A stretch of 64,000 nucleotides of DNA from an uncultured Candidatus Micrarchaeota archaeon (GCA_963714085.1 OY970229.1:100849-164848); one strand, 5' to 3'; counted from the stretch's first letter, positions 1 to 11,263 are shown. Translations and numbers: made by a program. The notes: generated from the sequence alone by a model not told the origin.

Positions 1-3000
1 TGTAGGTGGTGGAGATTATTACAGAACCGAATGGACTGATTGGTGCGAGTCCTGTGATGGTGCCGTTAAGGGATTGCCCTTGTGCGACGGAGGATGGTGA
101 GAGGGTGAGCGGAGCTATGATAGGATTCACTGTCACGTTGAATGACGCATTGGCTGTGTTACCGTAGGGGTCCGTAGCGCTGCAGTTGACCGGGGTGGTC
201 CCTATCGGGAACATTGAGCCGGATGGAGGCACGCATGAGACGTTGATAGATACGTTGTACTCGTCCTTTGCCGTTGGAGCGTATGTCTCGATTGTACCGT
301 TTGAGGTCGCTGTTGTTACGTTTATGTTGGAGATGCCGCTGATCGTTGGCGGGGTCGTGCCTGGGTTCTCTGTCACCCTGAAGGATGCATTGGCCGTATT
401 GCCGTAGATGTCCGTCGCATTGCAGTTGACCGTGGTGTTACCTATCGGGAACAATGAACCGGATACTGGGGTGCATAAGACCGGTACTGATACGTTGTAC
501 TCGTCCTTTGCCGTCGGGCTGTAGGTCACGTTGTTCGTCAGGTTGGTTGCGGTATTAGTTATATTGGAGATCCCTGAGATGGTCGGCGGGGTCGTGCCTG
601 GGTTCTCTGTCACCCTGAAGGATGCATTGGCCGTATTGCCGTAGATGTCCGTCGCATTGCAGTTGACCGTGGTGTTACCTATCGGGAACAATGAACCGGA
701 TACTGGGGTGCATAAGACCGGTACTGATACGTTGTACTCGTCCTTTGCCGTCGGGCTGTAGGTCACGTTGTTCGTCAGATTGGTTGCTGTCTGGGTGATG
801 TTGGAGATGCCGCTGATCGTTGGCGGGGTCGTGCCTGGATTCTCTGTCACTCTGAAGGATGCATTGGCCGTATTGCCGTAGATGTCCGTCGCATTGCAGT
901 TGACCGTGGTGTTACCTATCGGGAACAATGAACCGGATACTGGGGTGCATAAGACCGGTACTGATACGTTGTACTCGTCCTTTGCCGTCGGGCTGTAGGT
1001 CTCGGTGGAGCCGGTGTAATTCGTTGCGGTGTCGTTTATGTTAGAGATCCCTGAGATAATCGGTGCCACTGTACCTGGGTTCTCAGTCACGTTGAATGAT
1101 TCATTGGCCTGGTTTCCGTAGATGTCGGTTGCGGTGCAGTTCACCGTGGTGTTTCCTATGGGGAACATCGAGCCTGACACCGGGTTGCATATCACAGGCA
1201 CCGACACGTTGTACTCGTCCGTTGCAGTCGGGCTGTAGGTCACGTTGTTCGTCAGGTTGGTCGCGGTCTGGGTGATGTTGGAGATGCCGCTGATCGTTGG
1301 CGGGGTCGTGCCTGGGTTCTCTGTCACCCTGAAGGATGCATTGGCCGTATTGCCGTAGATGTCCGTCGCATTGCAGTTGACCGTGGTGTTTCCTATGGGG
1401 AACATCGAGCCTGACACCGGGTTGCATATCACAGGCACCGACACGTTGTACTCGTCCGTTGCAGTCGGGCTGTAGGTCACGTTGTTCGTCAGGTTGGTTG
1501 CTGTCTGGGTGATGTTGGAGATGCCGCTGATTGTTGGCGGGGTCGTGCCTGGATTCTCTGTCACTCTGAAGGATGCATTGGCCGTATTGCCGTAGATGTC
1601 CGTCGCATTGCAGTTGACCGTGGTGTTACCTATCGGGAACAATGAACCGGATACTGGGGTGCATAAGACCGGTACTGATACGTTGTACTCGTCCTTTGCC
1701 GTCGGGCTGTAGGTCTCGGTGGAGCCGGTGTAATTCGTTGCGGTGTCGTTTATGTTAGAGATCCCTGAGAAGGTCGGCGGGGTGGTGCCCGGGTTCTCAG
1801 TCACGTTGAATGATTCATTGGCCTGGTTTCCGTAGATGTCGGTTGCGGTGCAGTTCACCGTGGTGTTTCCTATGGGGAACATCGAGCCTGACACCGGGTT
1901 GCATATCACAGGCACTGAGACATTGTATTCATCCTTTGCAGTCGGGCTGTAGGTCTCGGTGGAGCCGGTGTAATTCGTTGCGGTGTCGTTTATGTTAGAG
2001 ATCCCTGAGATAATCGGTGCCACTGTACCTGGGTTCTCAGTCACGTTGAATGATTCATTGGCCTGGTTTCCGTAGATGTCGGTTGCGGTGCAGTTCACCG
2101 TGGTGTTTCCTATGGGGAACATAGAGCCTGACACCGGGTTGCATATCACAGGCACCGACACGTTGTACTCGTCCGTTGCAGTCGGGCTGTAGGTCTCGGT
2201 GGAGCCGGTGTAATTCGTTGCGGTGTCGTTTATGTTAGAGATCCCTGAGATGGTCGGCGGGGTCGTGCCTGGATTCTCTGTCACCCTGAAGGATGCATTG
2301 GCCGTATTGCCGTAGATGTCCGTCGCATTGCAGTTGACCGTTGTGTTACCTATCGGGAACATCGAGCCTGACACCGGGTTGCATATCACAGGCACTGATA
2401 CGTTGTACTCGTCCTTTGCCGTCGGGCTGTAGGTCACGTTGTTCGTCAGGTTGGTTGCTGTCTGGGTGATGTTGGAGATGCCTGAGATTACTGGTGGAAT
2501 TGTGTCCACCGTGAAGCTCCTTGTTTCTGAGAAGTTGGTTTCGTTTGCAAGGTCGGTGCAGTTTATGAACCAGTTGTGATAGCCGTCTGCGATGCCTAAA
2601 AGCGGGAAGTCGGTTGCCGTGCTGTTCTGGGTAGTCGCATTCGTCTGGTTCAGGTTCCCGTCCAGGTATAACGAGCAGCTCAGGGTTGGATAATAGTCGT
2701 CGCTCGCATTGAATGCGAAGTCGATCGAACCCGAGTTCGTGATATAGGCATCTGGCGGGAACATGAGGTTGATCGTCGGTATGGTTGTGACATTGTTTTG
2801 CAGTATACCATAGGTGCTTGACGGGATCAGGCCCGTGAAGCCGAGCGTGTCCGCGACGGTGTCGGGGGTGTTGTTCAGCCTGGTCCAGCCTGAGGCGTCG
2901 GACTCCCAGAGCTCGAATTTGGTGTCGTTGTATCCGCTAAGCTCGGAATCCTGCCAGCTCCAGGTAACGGAATCGATGGAAACGCCCGCGCTCTGGTTTT

Positions 3001-6000
3001 TTATGTCGACGAATTTGTTGAAACTGATGGGAGCGCTGGCAGGCAGCGCGGTGGAGTTCCTGCTCCAGTTTATCGTGTAGGACTCCCCGCCTGCCGCGAG
3101 GGAATCGTTTATTGATAGCGAGGTGTTGGCCATGGAGCCGGACGGGTCCAGGAAGGTCGTGTTTGCCATGTTGTAGGTGACGCCGTTGTTGCTGTAGGCA
3201 TAGAAGTCGTAGTCGTTCCGGAAGAGCGTGGTGTTCCAGAACTGGTTCCCGGCCGAGCCGCCGAACTGGCTTATTATCGCCATGCCATATGCGGGATTGC
3301 CTGGAGAACCGGTATTGTTGTACGCGCTGTTCCCGATGAACGTATTGCCGTTGGCGTCGAAAAGCCGGAAGCCGTACTGCGTGTTGTTGTACGCGTTGTT
3401 GTAGAGGTAGGTGTCATTGGTGCAGCTGATGGCGAAGCCGTACAGCGTGTTGTTGTACGCGTTGTTCCCGGTGAAGGTGTTGTTCTCGCATGAGATGAGA
3501 TGGAAGCCCTCGCTGCCGCCGGAGACGTTGTTCCCGCTGAAGGAGTTGTTGTTCGCGAGCCCGCCCAGGTAGAAGCCGTAGTCCGCGTTCCCCAAGACGA
3601 CGTTGTCCGTGAACGTGTTGTCGGAGGCGCCGGATTCGATGCGGAATCCGGCATAGGAATCGTTATACACCGTGTTGCCGCTGAAGATGCTGGCCGAAGC
3701 GCCAGAGGCGTAGAAGCCGTTGAAGCACTGGGATACGGAATTGTTGGAATAGACGTTTCCGGTCCCGAGCGAGGCGATGCAGGTATCGGTGTCGTTGTAC
3801 ACGCTATTGTTGGAGATGTCGCCTCCTGAGAGGGAACCCGTGTAAATGCCGTAGTAATAGCCGCTGATTCCTGCGCAGTTCTCCACCGTGACGTTGGTGA
3901 GCGAGCCGTTGATGGCTATGCCGAAGGTCGTCCCTGCGGTGCCGTTGTTGGCTATGCTGTAGCCGTTGCAGTCGAAGACCACGTCGGATGCGGCTATTTT
4001 CACGCAGACCGTGCCGCTCAGCTCCGGAGCGCCGTTCGGCGCCCCGGTGTAGTTCATGTCCTGGGTGTATGTTCCGCTCTCGTTGATGACCGGGCAGTTG
4101 ATGGTGCTGTTCCCGAATATGCCATAGTCGCTTCCAGGAGAGAGATCAGTCAAGGCTAAGGTATCCGAAGAGAGGTCGGGGGTGACGTTCAGCGGGGTCC
4201 AGCCGCTGGAGTTGTACACCCACAGCTGGAAAGTGCTCTGGTCGTATCCGTTGGCTTCCCCATCGGTCCAGCTCCAGACGATGCTGTCGATGGACACCGG
4301 GGGGCTTAACGCGGAGATGTTCACGAACGTCTGGGCGAAGGGCTGGTAGGGGGGCGCGGTCTCGTTGGCCGTCCAGTTTATGGCGTATTCCTCGCCGTTG
4401 TTGACGATGTCGTTGATGCTCAGGTTGGTGAAGTTCTCCATCGAGCCGGTCGGGTTGTCGAAGACGATGCCGGAGAGGTTGATCGTGATAGGGGGGCCGG
4501 AATAATCCGCCACGTCCAGGTCATAGCCGTTGTTGGACAGGTATTGGCCCGTCACAGAGGTCTGGTCGGAGCCCATGGACAAGCCGACATGTGAGTTGTT
4601 GGTAGCGCGGTTGTCATCCATGGAATTATTGGTCCCGGATATCGTGATGCCGGTGTGACCGTTGTTGTCGGCGCTGTTGTTGGACAGGCTGTTGTTGCCG
4701 CCATAGAGCCCGATGCCGTCCCATGCGTTGTTGTCAGCGCTGTTGCCGTACAGGGTGTTGTTGTCGCCACCGAGCCCGATGCCGTCATCCCCGTTGTTGT
4801 CGGCGCTGTTGTTGGACAGGGTGTTGTTGCCGCCACTGAGCCCGATGCCCTCGTAAGACTCGTTGTCGCAGCTGTTGTTCGTGATGTTGTTATTGGAACC
4901 TGTGATCTCAATTCCGAGGTTATTGCCGTCCAAGTCATTATTATATATGGCAGTATTGTCCGTTGGAGGAGAACTGGAGTGGATGCCACCATAACTGTTA
5001 TTGTTGACGCGATTGCCGGATATCGTCTCCTGGCTCGAATTATCGAGCGCGATGGCGTCTTCGTTGTTGTATATGCTGTTGTCATCAAGCGTATTCTGGT
5101 CCGATGAGGAATAGAGGGCGATGGCCGAGTAGCCGCCGTTGGTGAACGTGTTGTTGGCGATGGTATTGTTGCTCGAGGTATCGAGCACGAGGCCGATGTT
5201 GCTGTCGTTGCTCACGCTGTTGTTATACAAGGTATTGTTGTTGCTCCCGAAACCGAAGAAGATGCCGTAATCGTTGTTGTGGTCGATGCTATTGTCGTAT
5301 ATGACATTGTTGCTCGATGAATCGGTGTCGTTATTGTAACCGCCCAGGCCGATGCTGTAATCACTGTCGTAGTCGAGATGGTTGTCGTATATGCGGTTGT
5401 TGTTGGATTTGTTGAGGTATATGCCGTTCGCGTTCGAGAAGCTGTTGTTGGAGAAATCATTGCCATGCAGGGCGTTACTGTCCGATGAATCGAGCACGAT
5501 GCCGGCACCGCGGTTGTAGTACGCGTTGATGTTCGTGAATTCGCTGCCGTCGGACTGGTTGGCGTAGATGCCGTCTTCGTATCTGGATATCCAGGGGCAG
5601 TTCTCCACCGTGACGTCTGTGAGGGGCCCGACCAGCAGGATGCCGTAGGTGGGGCCGCCGGTGCCGCCATTGGTGATGCTGTGGCCGTTGCAGTTGTAGA
5701 CGACGTCGGAGGCCGTGATCTCCACGCAGGCCGAGCCGGCGAGCGGAGACGCATCGTTCGGTTCACCGACGTAGTCCATGCCCTGGGTATAGGTGCCGCC
5801 CGAGCTGATGACCGGGCAGCCAACGGAGATTATGCCGCCCTGGAGTATGCCGTACTCGCCCGCCGGAGTGAAGTTCGTCAAGGCCAAAGTGTGCGAAGAT
5901 GTGTCCGGGGTCTCGTTCACCACGTACCAATACCCTCCGTAGAGACCGTTCCAGAGGCTGAGGTTGCTCTCGTTGTATCCTAAGGCTTCCGTGGCGGTCC

Positions 6001-6715
6001 AGCTCCATACTGCGCTGTCGATCGTCAGCGGGGGGGAGGCGTACAAATCGATGCGCACGAACTTCTGGATGAAAGACTCGCGGGGAGTCGGGGTATCATT
6101 GGCCATCCAGCTGATGGAGAAGCCTCCGACGTCGTTCAAGGTGTCGTTGACGCTCAGATTCGTGTAGTTCTCCATGGTGCCTGAAGGATTATCGAAGATC
6201 ATGCCGGATAGGCTGACCGAGAACGGGTTGCCGATATCGTCATGGACTATCAGGTCGTTGGTGTTGTTGGAGAAGTACTGGCCCTGCACCACGGTCTGGT
6301 CGGAGTCCTGTATATACAATCCGGTATTGGAATTGTTCATTGCTGCGTCATTGATCAGGCTGATGATTGCTGACTGGTAGACGAAGATGCCATTGGAGTA
6401 GCCGGAAATCCCCGGGCAGTTCTGTATCGTGACGTTGCTGACCTCCGAGGGGACCGCGATGCCGTAGGTGGTGCCGCCCGTGCCGTCATTTATTATGTAG
6501 TGGCCGTCGCAGTCTAAGACGACGTCAGAAGCCAAGATCTTCACGCAGGCCAAGCCGCCATCGGGCATCTCTGAAGCGCTGTTGGGGGCTCCGGTCAGGT
6601 CCGCCGTCAGCGTGTAAGAGTCAGAGGCGCTTATCACCTGGCAGCTTCCGATTCCGGTCGGGTACGATACGCCCATCAGGAGCAGGAACACCACGAGGAC
6701 AAAAATGGATTTCAT
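1..6715 (-). CDS. Giant secreted surface glycoprotein: signal peptide, three NosD/right-handed beta-helix modules, an Ig-like domain, then 10 HYR repeats; runs off the window (partial, >2200 aa)
   Basis: ATG at 6715 gives MKSIFVLVVFLLLMGVSYP (signal peptide). The same frame was read open at ~6600-6715, ~2460-2520 and 2-60. It has repeated 'CVKIxASDVVxDCNG' module starts, N-rich beta-helix repeats and many N-x-S/T sequons. It is absent from the ORF track because no stop lies inside the window. Confidence 0.88.
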   Translation of the reverse strand, partial: MKSIFVLVVFLLLMGVSYPTGIGSCQVISASDSYTLTADLTGAPNSASEMPDGGLACVKILASDVVLDCDGHYIINDGTGGTTYGIAVPSEVSNVTIQNCPGISGYSNGIFVYQSAIISLINDAAMNNSNTGLYIQDSDQTVVQGQYFSNNTNDLIVHDDIGNPFSVSLSGMIFDNPSGTMENYTNLSVNDTLNDVGGFSISWMANDTPTPRESFIQKFVRIDLYASPPLTIDSAVWSWTATEALGYNESNLSLWNGLYGGYWYVVNETPDTSSHTLALTNFTPAGEYGILQGGIISVGCPVISSGGTYTQGMDYVGEPNDASPLAGSACVEITASDVVYNCNGHSITNGGTGGPTYGILLVGPLTDVTVENCPWISRYEDGIYANQSDGSEFTNINAYYNRGAGIVLDSSDSNALHGNDFSNNSFSNANGIYLNKSNNNRIYDNHLDYDSDYSIGLGGYNNDTDSSSNNVIYDNSIDHNNDYGIFFGFGSNNNTLYNNSVSNDSNIGLVLDTSSNNTIANNTFTNGGYSAIALYSSSDQNTLDDNSIYNNEDAIALDNSSQETISGNRVNNNSYGGIHSSSPPTDNTAIYNNDLDGNNLGIEITGSNNNITNNSCDNESYEGIGLSGGNNTLSNNSADNNGDDGIGLGGDNNTLYGNSADNNAWDGIGLYGGNNSLSNNSADNNGHTGITISGTNNSMDDNRATNNSHVGLSMGSDQTSVTGQYLSNNGYDLDVADYSGPPITINLSGIVFDNPTGSMENFTNLSINDIVNNGEEYAINWTANETAPPYQPFAQTFVNISALSPPVSIDSIVWSWTDGEANGYDQSTFQLWVYNSSGWTPLNVTPDLSSDTLALTDLSPGSDYGIFGNSTINCPVINESGTYTQDMNYTGAPNGAPELSGTVCVKIAASDVVFDCNGYSIANNGTAGTTFGIAINGSLTNVTVENCAGISGYYYGIYTGSLSGGDISNNSVYNDTDTCIASLGTGNVYSNNSVSQCFNGFYASGASASIFSGNTVYNDSYAGFRIESGASDNTFTDNVVLGNADYGFYLGGLANNNSFSGNNVSGGSEGFHLISCENNTFTGNNAYNNTLYGFAISCTNDTYLYNNAYNNTQYGFRLFDANGNTFIGNSAYNNTGSPGNPAYGMAIISQFGGSAGNQFWNTTLFRNDYDFYAYSNNGVTYNMANTTFLDPSGSMANTSLSINDSLAAGGESYTINWSRNSTALPASAPISFNKFVDIKNQSAGVSIDSVTWSWQDSELSGYNDTKFELWESDASGWTRLNNTPDTVADTLGFTGLIPSSTYGILQNNVTTIPTINLMFPPDAYITNSGSIDFAFNASDDYYPTLSCSLYLDGNLNQTNATTQNSTATDFPLLGIADGYHNWFINCTDLANETNFSETRSFTVDTIPPVISGISNITQTATNLTNNVTYSPTAKDEYNVSVPVICNPVSGSMFPIGNTTVNCNATDIYGNTANASFRVTENPGTTPPTISGISNINDTATNYTGSTETYSPTATDEYNVSVPVICNPVSGSMFPIGNTTVNCTATDIYGNQANESFNVTENPGTVAPIISGISNINDTATNYTGSTETYSPTAKDEYNVSVPVICNPVSGSMFPIGNTTVNCTATDIYGNQANESFNVTENPGTTPPTFSGISNINDTATNYTGSTETYSPTAKDEYNVSVPVLCTPVSGSLFPIGNTTVNCNATDIYGNTANASFRVTENPGTTPPTISGISNITQTATNLTNNVTYSPTATDEYNVSVPVICNPVSGSMFPIGNTTVNCNATDIYGNTANASFRVTENPGTTPPTISGISNITQTATNLTNNVTYSPTATDEYNVSVPVICNPVSGSMFPIGNTTVNCTATDIYGNQANESFNVTENPGTVAPIISGISNINDTATNYTGSTETYSPTAKDEYNVSVPVLCTPVSGSLFPIGNTTVNCNATDIYGNTANASFRVTENPGTTPPTISGISNITQTATNLTNNVTYSPTAKDEYNVSVPVLCTPVSGSLFPIGNTTVNCNATDIYGNTANASFRVTENPGTTPPTISGISNITNTATNLTNNVTYSPTAKDEYNVSVPVLCTPVSGSLFPIGNTTVNCNATDIYGNTANASFRVTENPGTTPPTISGISNINVTTATSNGTIETYAPTAKDEYNVSINVSCVPPSGSMFPIGTTPVNCSATDPYGNTANASFNVTVNPIIAPLTLSPSSVAQGQSLNGTITGLAPISPFGSVIISTTY
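124..2505 (-). repeat. 10 tandem coding repeats of 237/240 bp (79-80 aa HYR-like domains)
   Basis: The motif ctgggttctc/ctggattctc (one copy ccgggttctc) recurs at 361, 598, 835, 1075, 1312, 1549, 1789, 2029 and 2269. The unit translates to PPTISGISNI..YSPTAKDEYNVSVPVxCxPVSGSxFPIGNTTVNCxATDIYGN..SFxV. Confidence 0.92.
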
Positions 6716-6780
6716 ATTGCCCCTATCGGAATTAACTTTATTAATGTTGCTCATCGAGCACCCGGCATCGCGACGCAGCC

Positions 6781-7488
6781 CTAGAGCTTCAAATCCTTGG
6801 CCAATCGCACGACCTGGAAGAGCTCGTTGAGCTTCTCGTAGTCGGATATCCTGCCGATGTCGAACCATACGTCGTCGAAGACGTAGGGCGCGATGCGCTC
6901 GCCCTTCTCGAGCATGCGGGGGAAGACGCTCTTCGCGAAGTCCTCCTTCTCGCGGATGTAGCCGAAGACCTCGGGCTCGAACACGTACATGGCCACGTTG
7001 TAGTTCTCCTGCAGCAGGGGCTTCTCCTTGAACGATTTTATGCCGTGAGCGTCGACCTCCGCGACCCCGTACTCTATTGGGAGCATGTGCTTGAGCAGCG
7101 CGATGGTCGCGACCGCCTTCTCTTTCTTATGGTGCTCCACCATGGCCTTGAGGTCTATGTTCGTGATATGGTCGCCCATGACCACCAGGAAGGTCTCGCT
7201 GATCTTCCCCCTGCATGGCAGTATGGAGCCCGCGGTGCTGAGCGGCTCCTTCTCCACCGAGTACTCTATCTTGACGCCGGAGTCCTTCCCGTCCCCGAAA
7301 TAACCCTCTATCTGCTCGTGCTTGTAGCCGACCGTGAGCACCAGGTCCTTGAAGCCGTTCCTCTTCAGGTTCTCTATCACGTACCAGAGTATCGGCTTCC
7401 CCCCGACCATGAGCATCGGTTTCGGCGTGTAATATGTGTACGGCTTGAGCCGGGTGCCTTCCCCACCGCAGAGTACGAATGCCTTCAT
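6781..7488 (-). CDS. Sugar-phosphate nucleotidyltransferase (NTP_transferase family)
   Basis: MKAFVLCGGEGTRLKPYT..PKPM motif and C-terminal WFDIG; GGTGA RBS before the ATG at 7488. Confidence 0.92.
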   Translation of the reverse strand: MKAFVLCGGEGTRLKPYTYYTPKPMLMVGGKPILWYVIENLKRNGFKDLVLTVGYKHEQIEGYFGDGKDSGVKIEYSVEKEPLSTAGSILPCRGKISETFLVVMGDHITNIDLKAMVEHHKKEKAVATIALLKHMLPIEYGVAEVDAHGIKSFKEKPLLQENYNVAMYVFEPEVFGYIREKEDFAKSVFPRMLEKGERIAPYVFDDVWFDIGRISDYEKLNELFQVVRLAKDLKL

Positions 7489-7501
7489 TTCAATCACCTT
7501 G

Positions 7502-8119
7502 TCATCTTAGCAGGAAAAAACCTATTAATGCTCCGGTGAGCGAGCACACGAAGTTCGTGGTGCCCTTGGTGCCCAGCCCCCTCTCCTCCAGGACCCCGAA
7601 TAGGCTGTCCACCAGGGAGCCGGCGAACCCGGCGAGCCCTATGAATAGCGCGACGCTCGCGTTTATGTCGAACACGTACATGGCGCAGAACCCTATGGCG
7701 GTCGCCCCGGCCAGCGATGCGACGGTCCCCATGAGCGTGATCGCGCCGCTCCGGCCGGGCTTGGCGGGCTTCATGGTCGCCAGGTCCACGGGGTTCCCGC
7801 CCAGCACGCCGATCTCGGATGCGAACTTGTCCGCGGTCACGGCCGCCACGCAGCAGAGGTACGGCATCGGACCGATGGCCGGGTTGATCAGCGCGAGCAC
7901 GGTCGGCAGGAAGCCGTTCGAGAGCACGTTCTCCCAGCCGCGCTCGTGCTCGTAGATGCCCATTTCGCGCTTTGATTCGTGCTCGTAGCCGGTAACCGCG
8001 AGCGCGAGCACGAAGAAGACGAGCATGAGCGCCAGGTACGGCGCGCCCCCGCTCCAGAATATGAGGATGCCCATGGCCACCGCGAGGATTATGCCCTCCT
8101 TGTCAAGCGGCCTGGCCAC
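7502..8119 (-). CDS. DUF92 (TMEM19-like) membrane protein
   Basis: RGWENVLSNG, ADKFASEIG, PGRSGAITLMGT and GSLVDSLFG motifs. Confidence 0.88.
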   Translation of the reverse strand: MARPLDKEGIILAVAMGILIFWSGGAPYLALMLVFFVLALAVTGYEHESKREMGIYEHERGWENVLSNGFLPTVLALINPAIGPMPYLCCVAAVTADKFASEIGVLGGNPVDLATMKPAKPGRSGAITLMGTVASLAGATAIGFCAMYVFDINASVALFIGLAGFAGSLVDSLFGVLEERGLGTKGTTNFVCSLTGALIGFFLLR

Positions 8120-8147
8120 CCGTTCACCTTTTGGGACTAAGAAAAGA

Positions 8148-8456
8148 TCATTTGACCAGCGTTATCTCGATGGCCGAGACCTTGGACAGCGAGCCGTCCT
8201 CGGAGGTCAGCTCCTCGGTCGAGATGTTGATGCCCTTGAGCTGGGCGTTCGGCATGAACCTGTGCCTCACGATCTCCGCGACGTCCACGGCCCTGGAGAT
8301 CAGCTTGCCCCTGGCCTTGACCGAGACCTCGTTCGCGCCGTTGTTGAACTGGGTCACGACCGCCAGCACGTAGCCCATCGCGCTTTTCTTCCCGACGTAG
8401 ACTATGTTGTCGTCCCTTCTCCGTTCTGGCAATTCTTCCTGCGCTTCGGTTTCCAT
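8148..8456 (-). CDS. albA: DNA/RNA-binding protein Alba
   Basis: [50 protein letters not shown] before the ATG at 8456. Confidence 0.96.
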   Translation of the reverse strand: METEAQEELPERRRDDNIVYVGKKSAMGYVLAVVTQFNNGANEVSVKARGKLISRAVDVAEIVRHRFMPNAQLKGINISTEELTSEDGSLSKVSAIEITLVK

Positions 8457-8541
8457 TGAAATACCCCCCTGCTCGTTGATGAAGTCGTAGAACTTAGCTA
8501 AGACAAGTAATTTAAAGGTTTGTCCGGTCCAATCCACTCTT

Positions 8542-10308
8542 ATGCCTACGAGAATCGCAGTGATAGACAGGAACATCTGCATCAGGGCCAAGTGCGGGTA
8601 CCTCTGTGCCAAGGTCTGCCCGCCGAACAGGATGGGGGAGGAATGCATCACCGTGGAGAAGGAGAGCGACTTCCCGGTCATATCCGAGGAGCTCTGCATA
8701 GGCTGCGGGCTCTGCGTGAAGAAGTGCCCTGTCAGCTGCATCACCATCATAAACCTCGCCGGCGAGCTGGAGGACCCGATATACCAGTACGGCATCAACG
8801 CCTTCAGGCTCTACGGGCTCCCGCTGCCCAAGGAGGGCGGCGCGGTGTCGCTCGTGGGCAAGAACGGCATAGGGAAGACGACCGCGATCAGGCTGCTGAG
8901 CAGGCAGCTGAGGCCGAATTTCGCGTCCTTCGGAACCGAACTCACGGACGCCCAGATGCTGGGGAAGCTGTCCATGGAGGTGCGCCGCTATTTCGAGGGG
9001 CTGACCGGCGAGCTGAGGATAAGCTCCAAGCCGCAGTACATAGACAGGATAAGGGAGCTCTCCAAGGGGACCGTGCGCACCCTGCTCAAGAGCTCCAAGG
9101 CCGGCGATGCGAAGATAGAGGAGGCGGTGAGGACATTCGCACTTGACGAGATACTCTCGCGCCGCATCTCCCAGCTGAGCGGCGGGGAGCTGCAGAAGGC
9201 CGCCATCGCGACCGCCTGGCTCAAGGACGCGGACATCTACTATTTCGACGAGGTGACCAATTACCTCGACATAGAGGAGCGCCTGCGCATGGCGGTGATA
9301 CTCCGGGACCTTGCCGAGCGCAAGAGCGTGCTCATGGCGGAGCACGACCTCACGATACTGGATTATGTCAGCACCTACGTATATCTCTTGTATGGCGAGG
9401 AGAACACCTACGGTGTGGTCTCCCACGTGAAGAACGCCCGCTCCGGGATAAACGAGTACCTGGGCGGCTTCCTCAAAGACGAGAACGTCAGGTTCCGCGA
9501 CATCGAGATAGAGTTCAGCAGGCACAGCGAGTCCGAGATAAAGACCGCCGCGGTGCTCAAGTACGAGCCGCTCTCCAAGTCCTTCGGCAGCGGAGGCGGG
9601 TTCTCATTCACGTCGGATGCGGGCGAGCTGAGGAAGGGGGAGATACTCGGCCTGGTGGGCAAGAACGCCTTGGGGAAATCGCTCTTCGTCAAGATGCTCG
9701 CGGGCGTGGAGAAGCCGGATTCCGGCCTGGCGATAAGCAAGAAGGTCTCCTACAAGCCGCAGTACATATCCGCGGAGGAGGTCCAGGTGCAGGAGATGTT
9801 CGCGTCGCGGAAGATAGAAGGCGCGGTGTTCGAGGAGGCCAAGAGGAGGCTGAAGCTCGGCCCGCTCATGGAGAAGAAACTGACCGAGCTCTCCGGAGGG
9901 GAGTTGCAGCGGGTCGCGTGCACGCTCGCGCTCAGCCAGGAGGCGGACATCTATCTTTTCGACGAGCCGAGCGCGTTCCTTGACATCGAGCAGAGGTTCG
10001 AGTTCGCGAAGCTGCTCCGCAGCGTGATAAGCGAGTCGGAGAAAGCCGCGTTCGTGGTCGACCACGACATCGTGTTCGTGGACGCGATCGCGAACAGATT
10101 GGTTGTTTTCGACGGCCACAGCTCTGTGAAAGGACATGCGTCCAAGCCCATGGACAAGCGCGAGGGCATGAACGGGTTCCTGAAAGTCGCGGGCGTGACC
10201 ATGAGGCGCGACAAGGACACGAACCGGCCGAGGATAAACAAGCCCGGGAGCCAGCTGGACGCCGAGCAGAAGGCCGCTGGCGAGTACTTCTATTTCGAGA
10301 GGAAATGA
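8542..10308 (+). CDS. rli: Ribosome recycling ATPase ABCE1/RLI
   Basis: N-terminal Fe-S cysteines ([19 protein letters not shown]), two ABC domains with LSGGELQ, and C-terminal RPRINKPGS. Confidence 0.97.
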   Translation: MPTRIAVIDRNICIRAKCGYLCAKVCPPNRMGEECITVEKESDFPVISEELCIGCGLCVKKCPVSCITIINLAGELEDPIYQYGINAFRLYGLPLPKEGGAVSLVGKNGIGKTTAIRLLSRQLRPNFASFGTELTDAQMLGKLSMEVRRYFEGLTGELRISSKPQYIDRIRELSKGTVRTLLKSSKAGDAKIEEAVRTFALDEILSRRISQLSGGELQKAAIATAWLKDADIYYFDEVTNYLDIEERLRMAVILRDLAERKSVLMAEHDLTILDYVSTYVYLLYGEENTYGVVSHVKNARSGINEYLGGFLKDENVRFRDIEIEFSRHSESEIKTAAVLKYEPLSKSFGSGGGFSFTSDAGELRKGEILGLVGKNALGKSLFVKMLAGVEKPDSGLAISKKVSYKPQYISAEEVQVQEMFASRKIEGAVFEEAKRRLKLGPLMEKKLTELSGGELQRVACTLALSQEADIYLFDEPSAFLDIEQRFEFAKLLRSVISESEKAAFVVDHDIVFVDAIANRLVVFDGHSSVKGHASKPMDKREGMNGFLKVAGVTMRRDKDTNRPRINKPGSQLDAEQKAAGEYFYFERK

Positions 10309-10315
10309 GCCGGGT

Positions 10316-11158
10316 TCAATAGAAGCGTATGTCGGTCAAAAGTGTATTGCCCATCTGCCCGAGGGATACGGTCACCCTGCCATCGCCAAGGCCGAACTCC
10401 CTCTGTTCGCCGACATGCAGGCCGAAATGCCTCGCGTAGGGGACGTCCGGGGTCGGGTGCCCGAAACAAAGGCAGAAACCCCTGTCTTCCTTATGCGCTT
10501 GGGGATCCACGTAGAACAGTATGTATCCCTGGCCCGCATTCGTGACCGCTCTGTTCTCGATGCGGAACATGGCGCCGCCCTGCATGATGAAGAACCCGTG
10601 GCCAAGGTCGCCAAGCCTGACATTGGAGGGGCTTTCCACGAGCAGCTGGTTTGAAAGGACGGCGCTGCGCCTTGCCGCCGCATCGTCCGTTTTCACCGGC
10701 GTCGCTTCGCGGGACGAGAATCTAGGGATCACGGTTGCTGCCGGTTCCCCCACCTCGGCCTCCATGAGGCCGTGTTTTCCGGAAACCTTTATCAGCAGCC
10801 CCTCGTCGGAAACAAACGAGAAACTCCCCCCGCCGAGGCTCACTCCGCCGCACTCCTGGGTGGTGCCTGAGGCAGTATGCTGGATCCTGAACTGCGGATG
10901 GCCATGCAAGCTATTGAGGACGATGGAGCATGAGGGGATTATCCCCATGACATCCCCTTCCCGGGAGGCCGACGTGAACAGGCTGACCTTGCGTCCGACC
11001 AGATGCGCCGCATCCTCAGTGGCGGCGGGGACCGGGGCGGCCTGCGGATCGCTGCGCCCGAATGTCCTCACGCTGGATCGGAGTGCGGCTCCAAGTCTGG
11101 CGACGGCGTCGCCATCACTGTGCGGGGTCGGGACGGTTTTCTGGGTTGGGTTGACCAT
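10316..11158 (-). CDS. Hypothetical protein (orphan, Pro/Thr-rich N-terminus)
   Basis: 280-aa ORF fills the gap; AT-rich TATA-like tract at ~11187-11197 upstream. Confidence 0.6.
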   Translation of the reverse strand: MVNPTQKTVPTPHSDGDAVARLGAALRSSVRTFGRSDPQAAPVPAATEDAAHLVGRKVSLFTSASREGDVMGIIPSCSIVLNSLHGHPQFRIQHTASGTTQECGGVSLGGGSFSFVSDEGLLIKVSGKHGLMEAEVGEPAATVIPRFSSREATPVKTDDAAARRSAVLSNQLLVESPSNVRLGDLGHGFFIMQGGAMFRIENRAVTNAGQGYILFYVDPQAHKEDRGFCLCFGHPTPDVPYARHFGLHVGEQREFGLGDGRVTVSLGQMGNTLLTDIRFY

Positions 11159-11263
11159 AGATCATCGTATTGATTGTGTTCCAAAGTATATAAAAAAGTA
11201 TCTTTTGTGGGAATCGTGACTTCGAAATATAAATGTTACTACTTATGATATATCTTGATTACT

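Noticed and set aside
124..2505. CRISPR array or non-coding repeat
   Set aside because: The units are 237/240 bp, in frame and coding, with no unique spacers and no cas genes.
186..6380. Many short ORFs listed in the track
   Set aside because: They are shadows or alternate frames of the single giant minus-strand gene.
8457..8798. Long N-terminal extension of Alba
   Set aside because: It is antisense to rli; the RBS and homology support the start at 8456.
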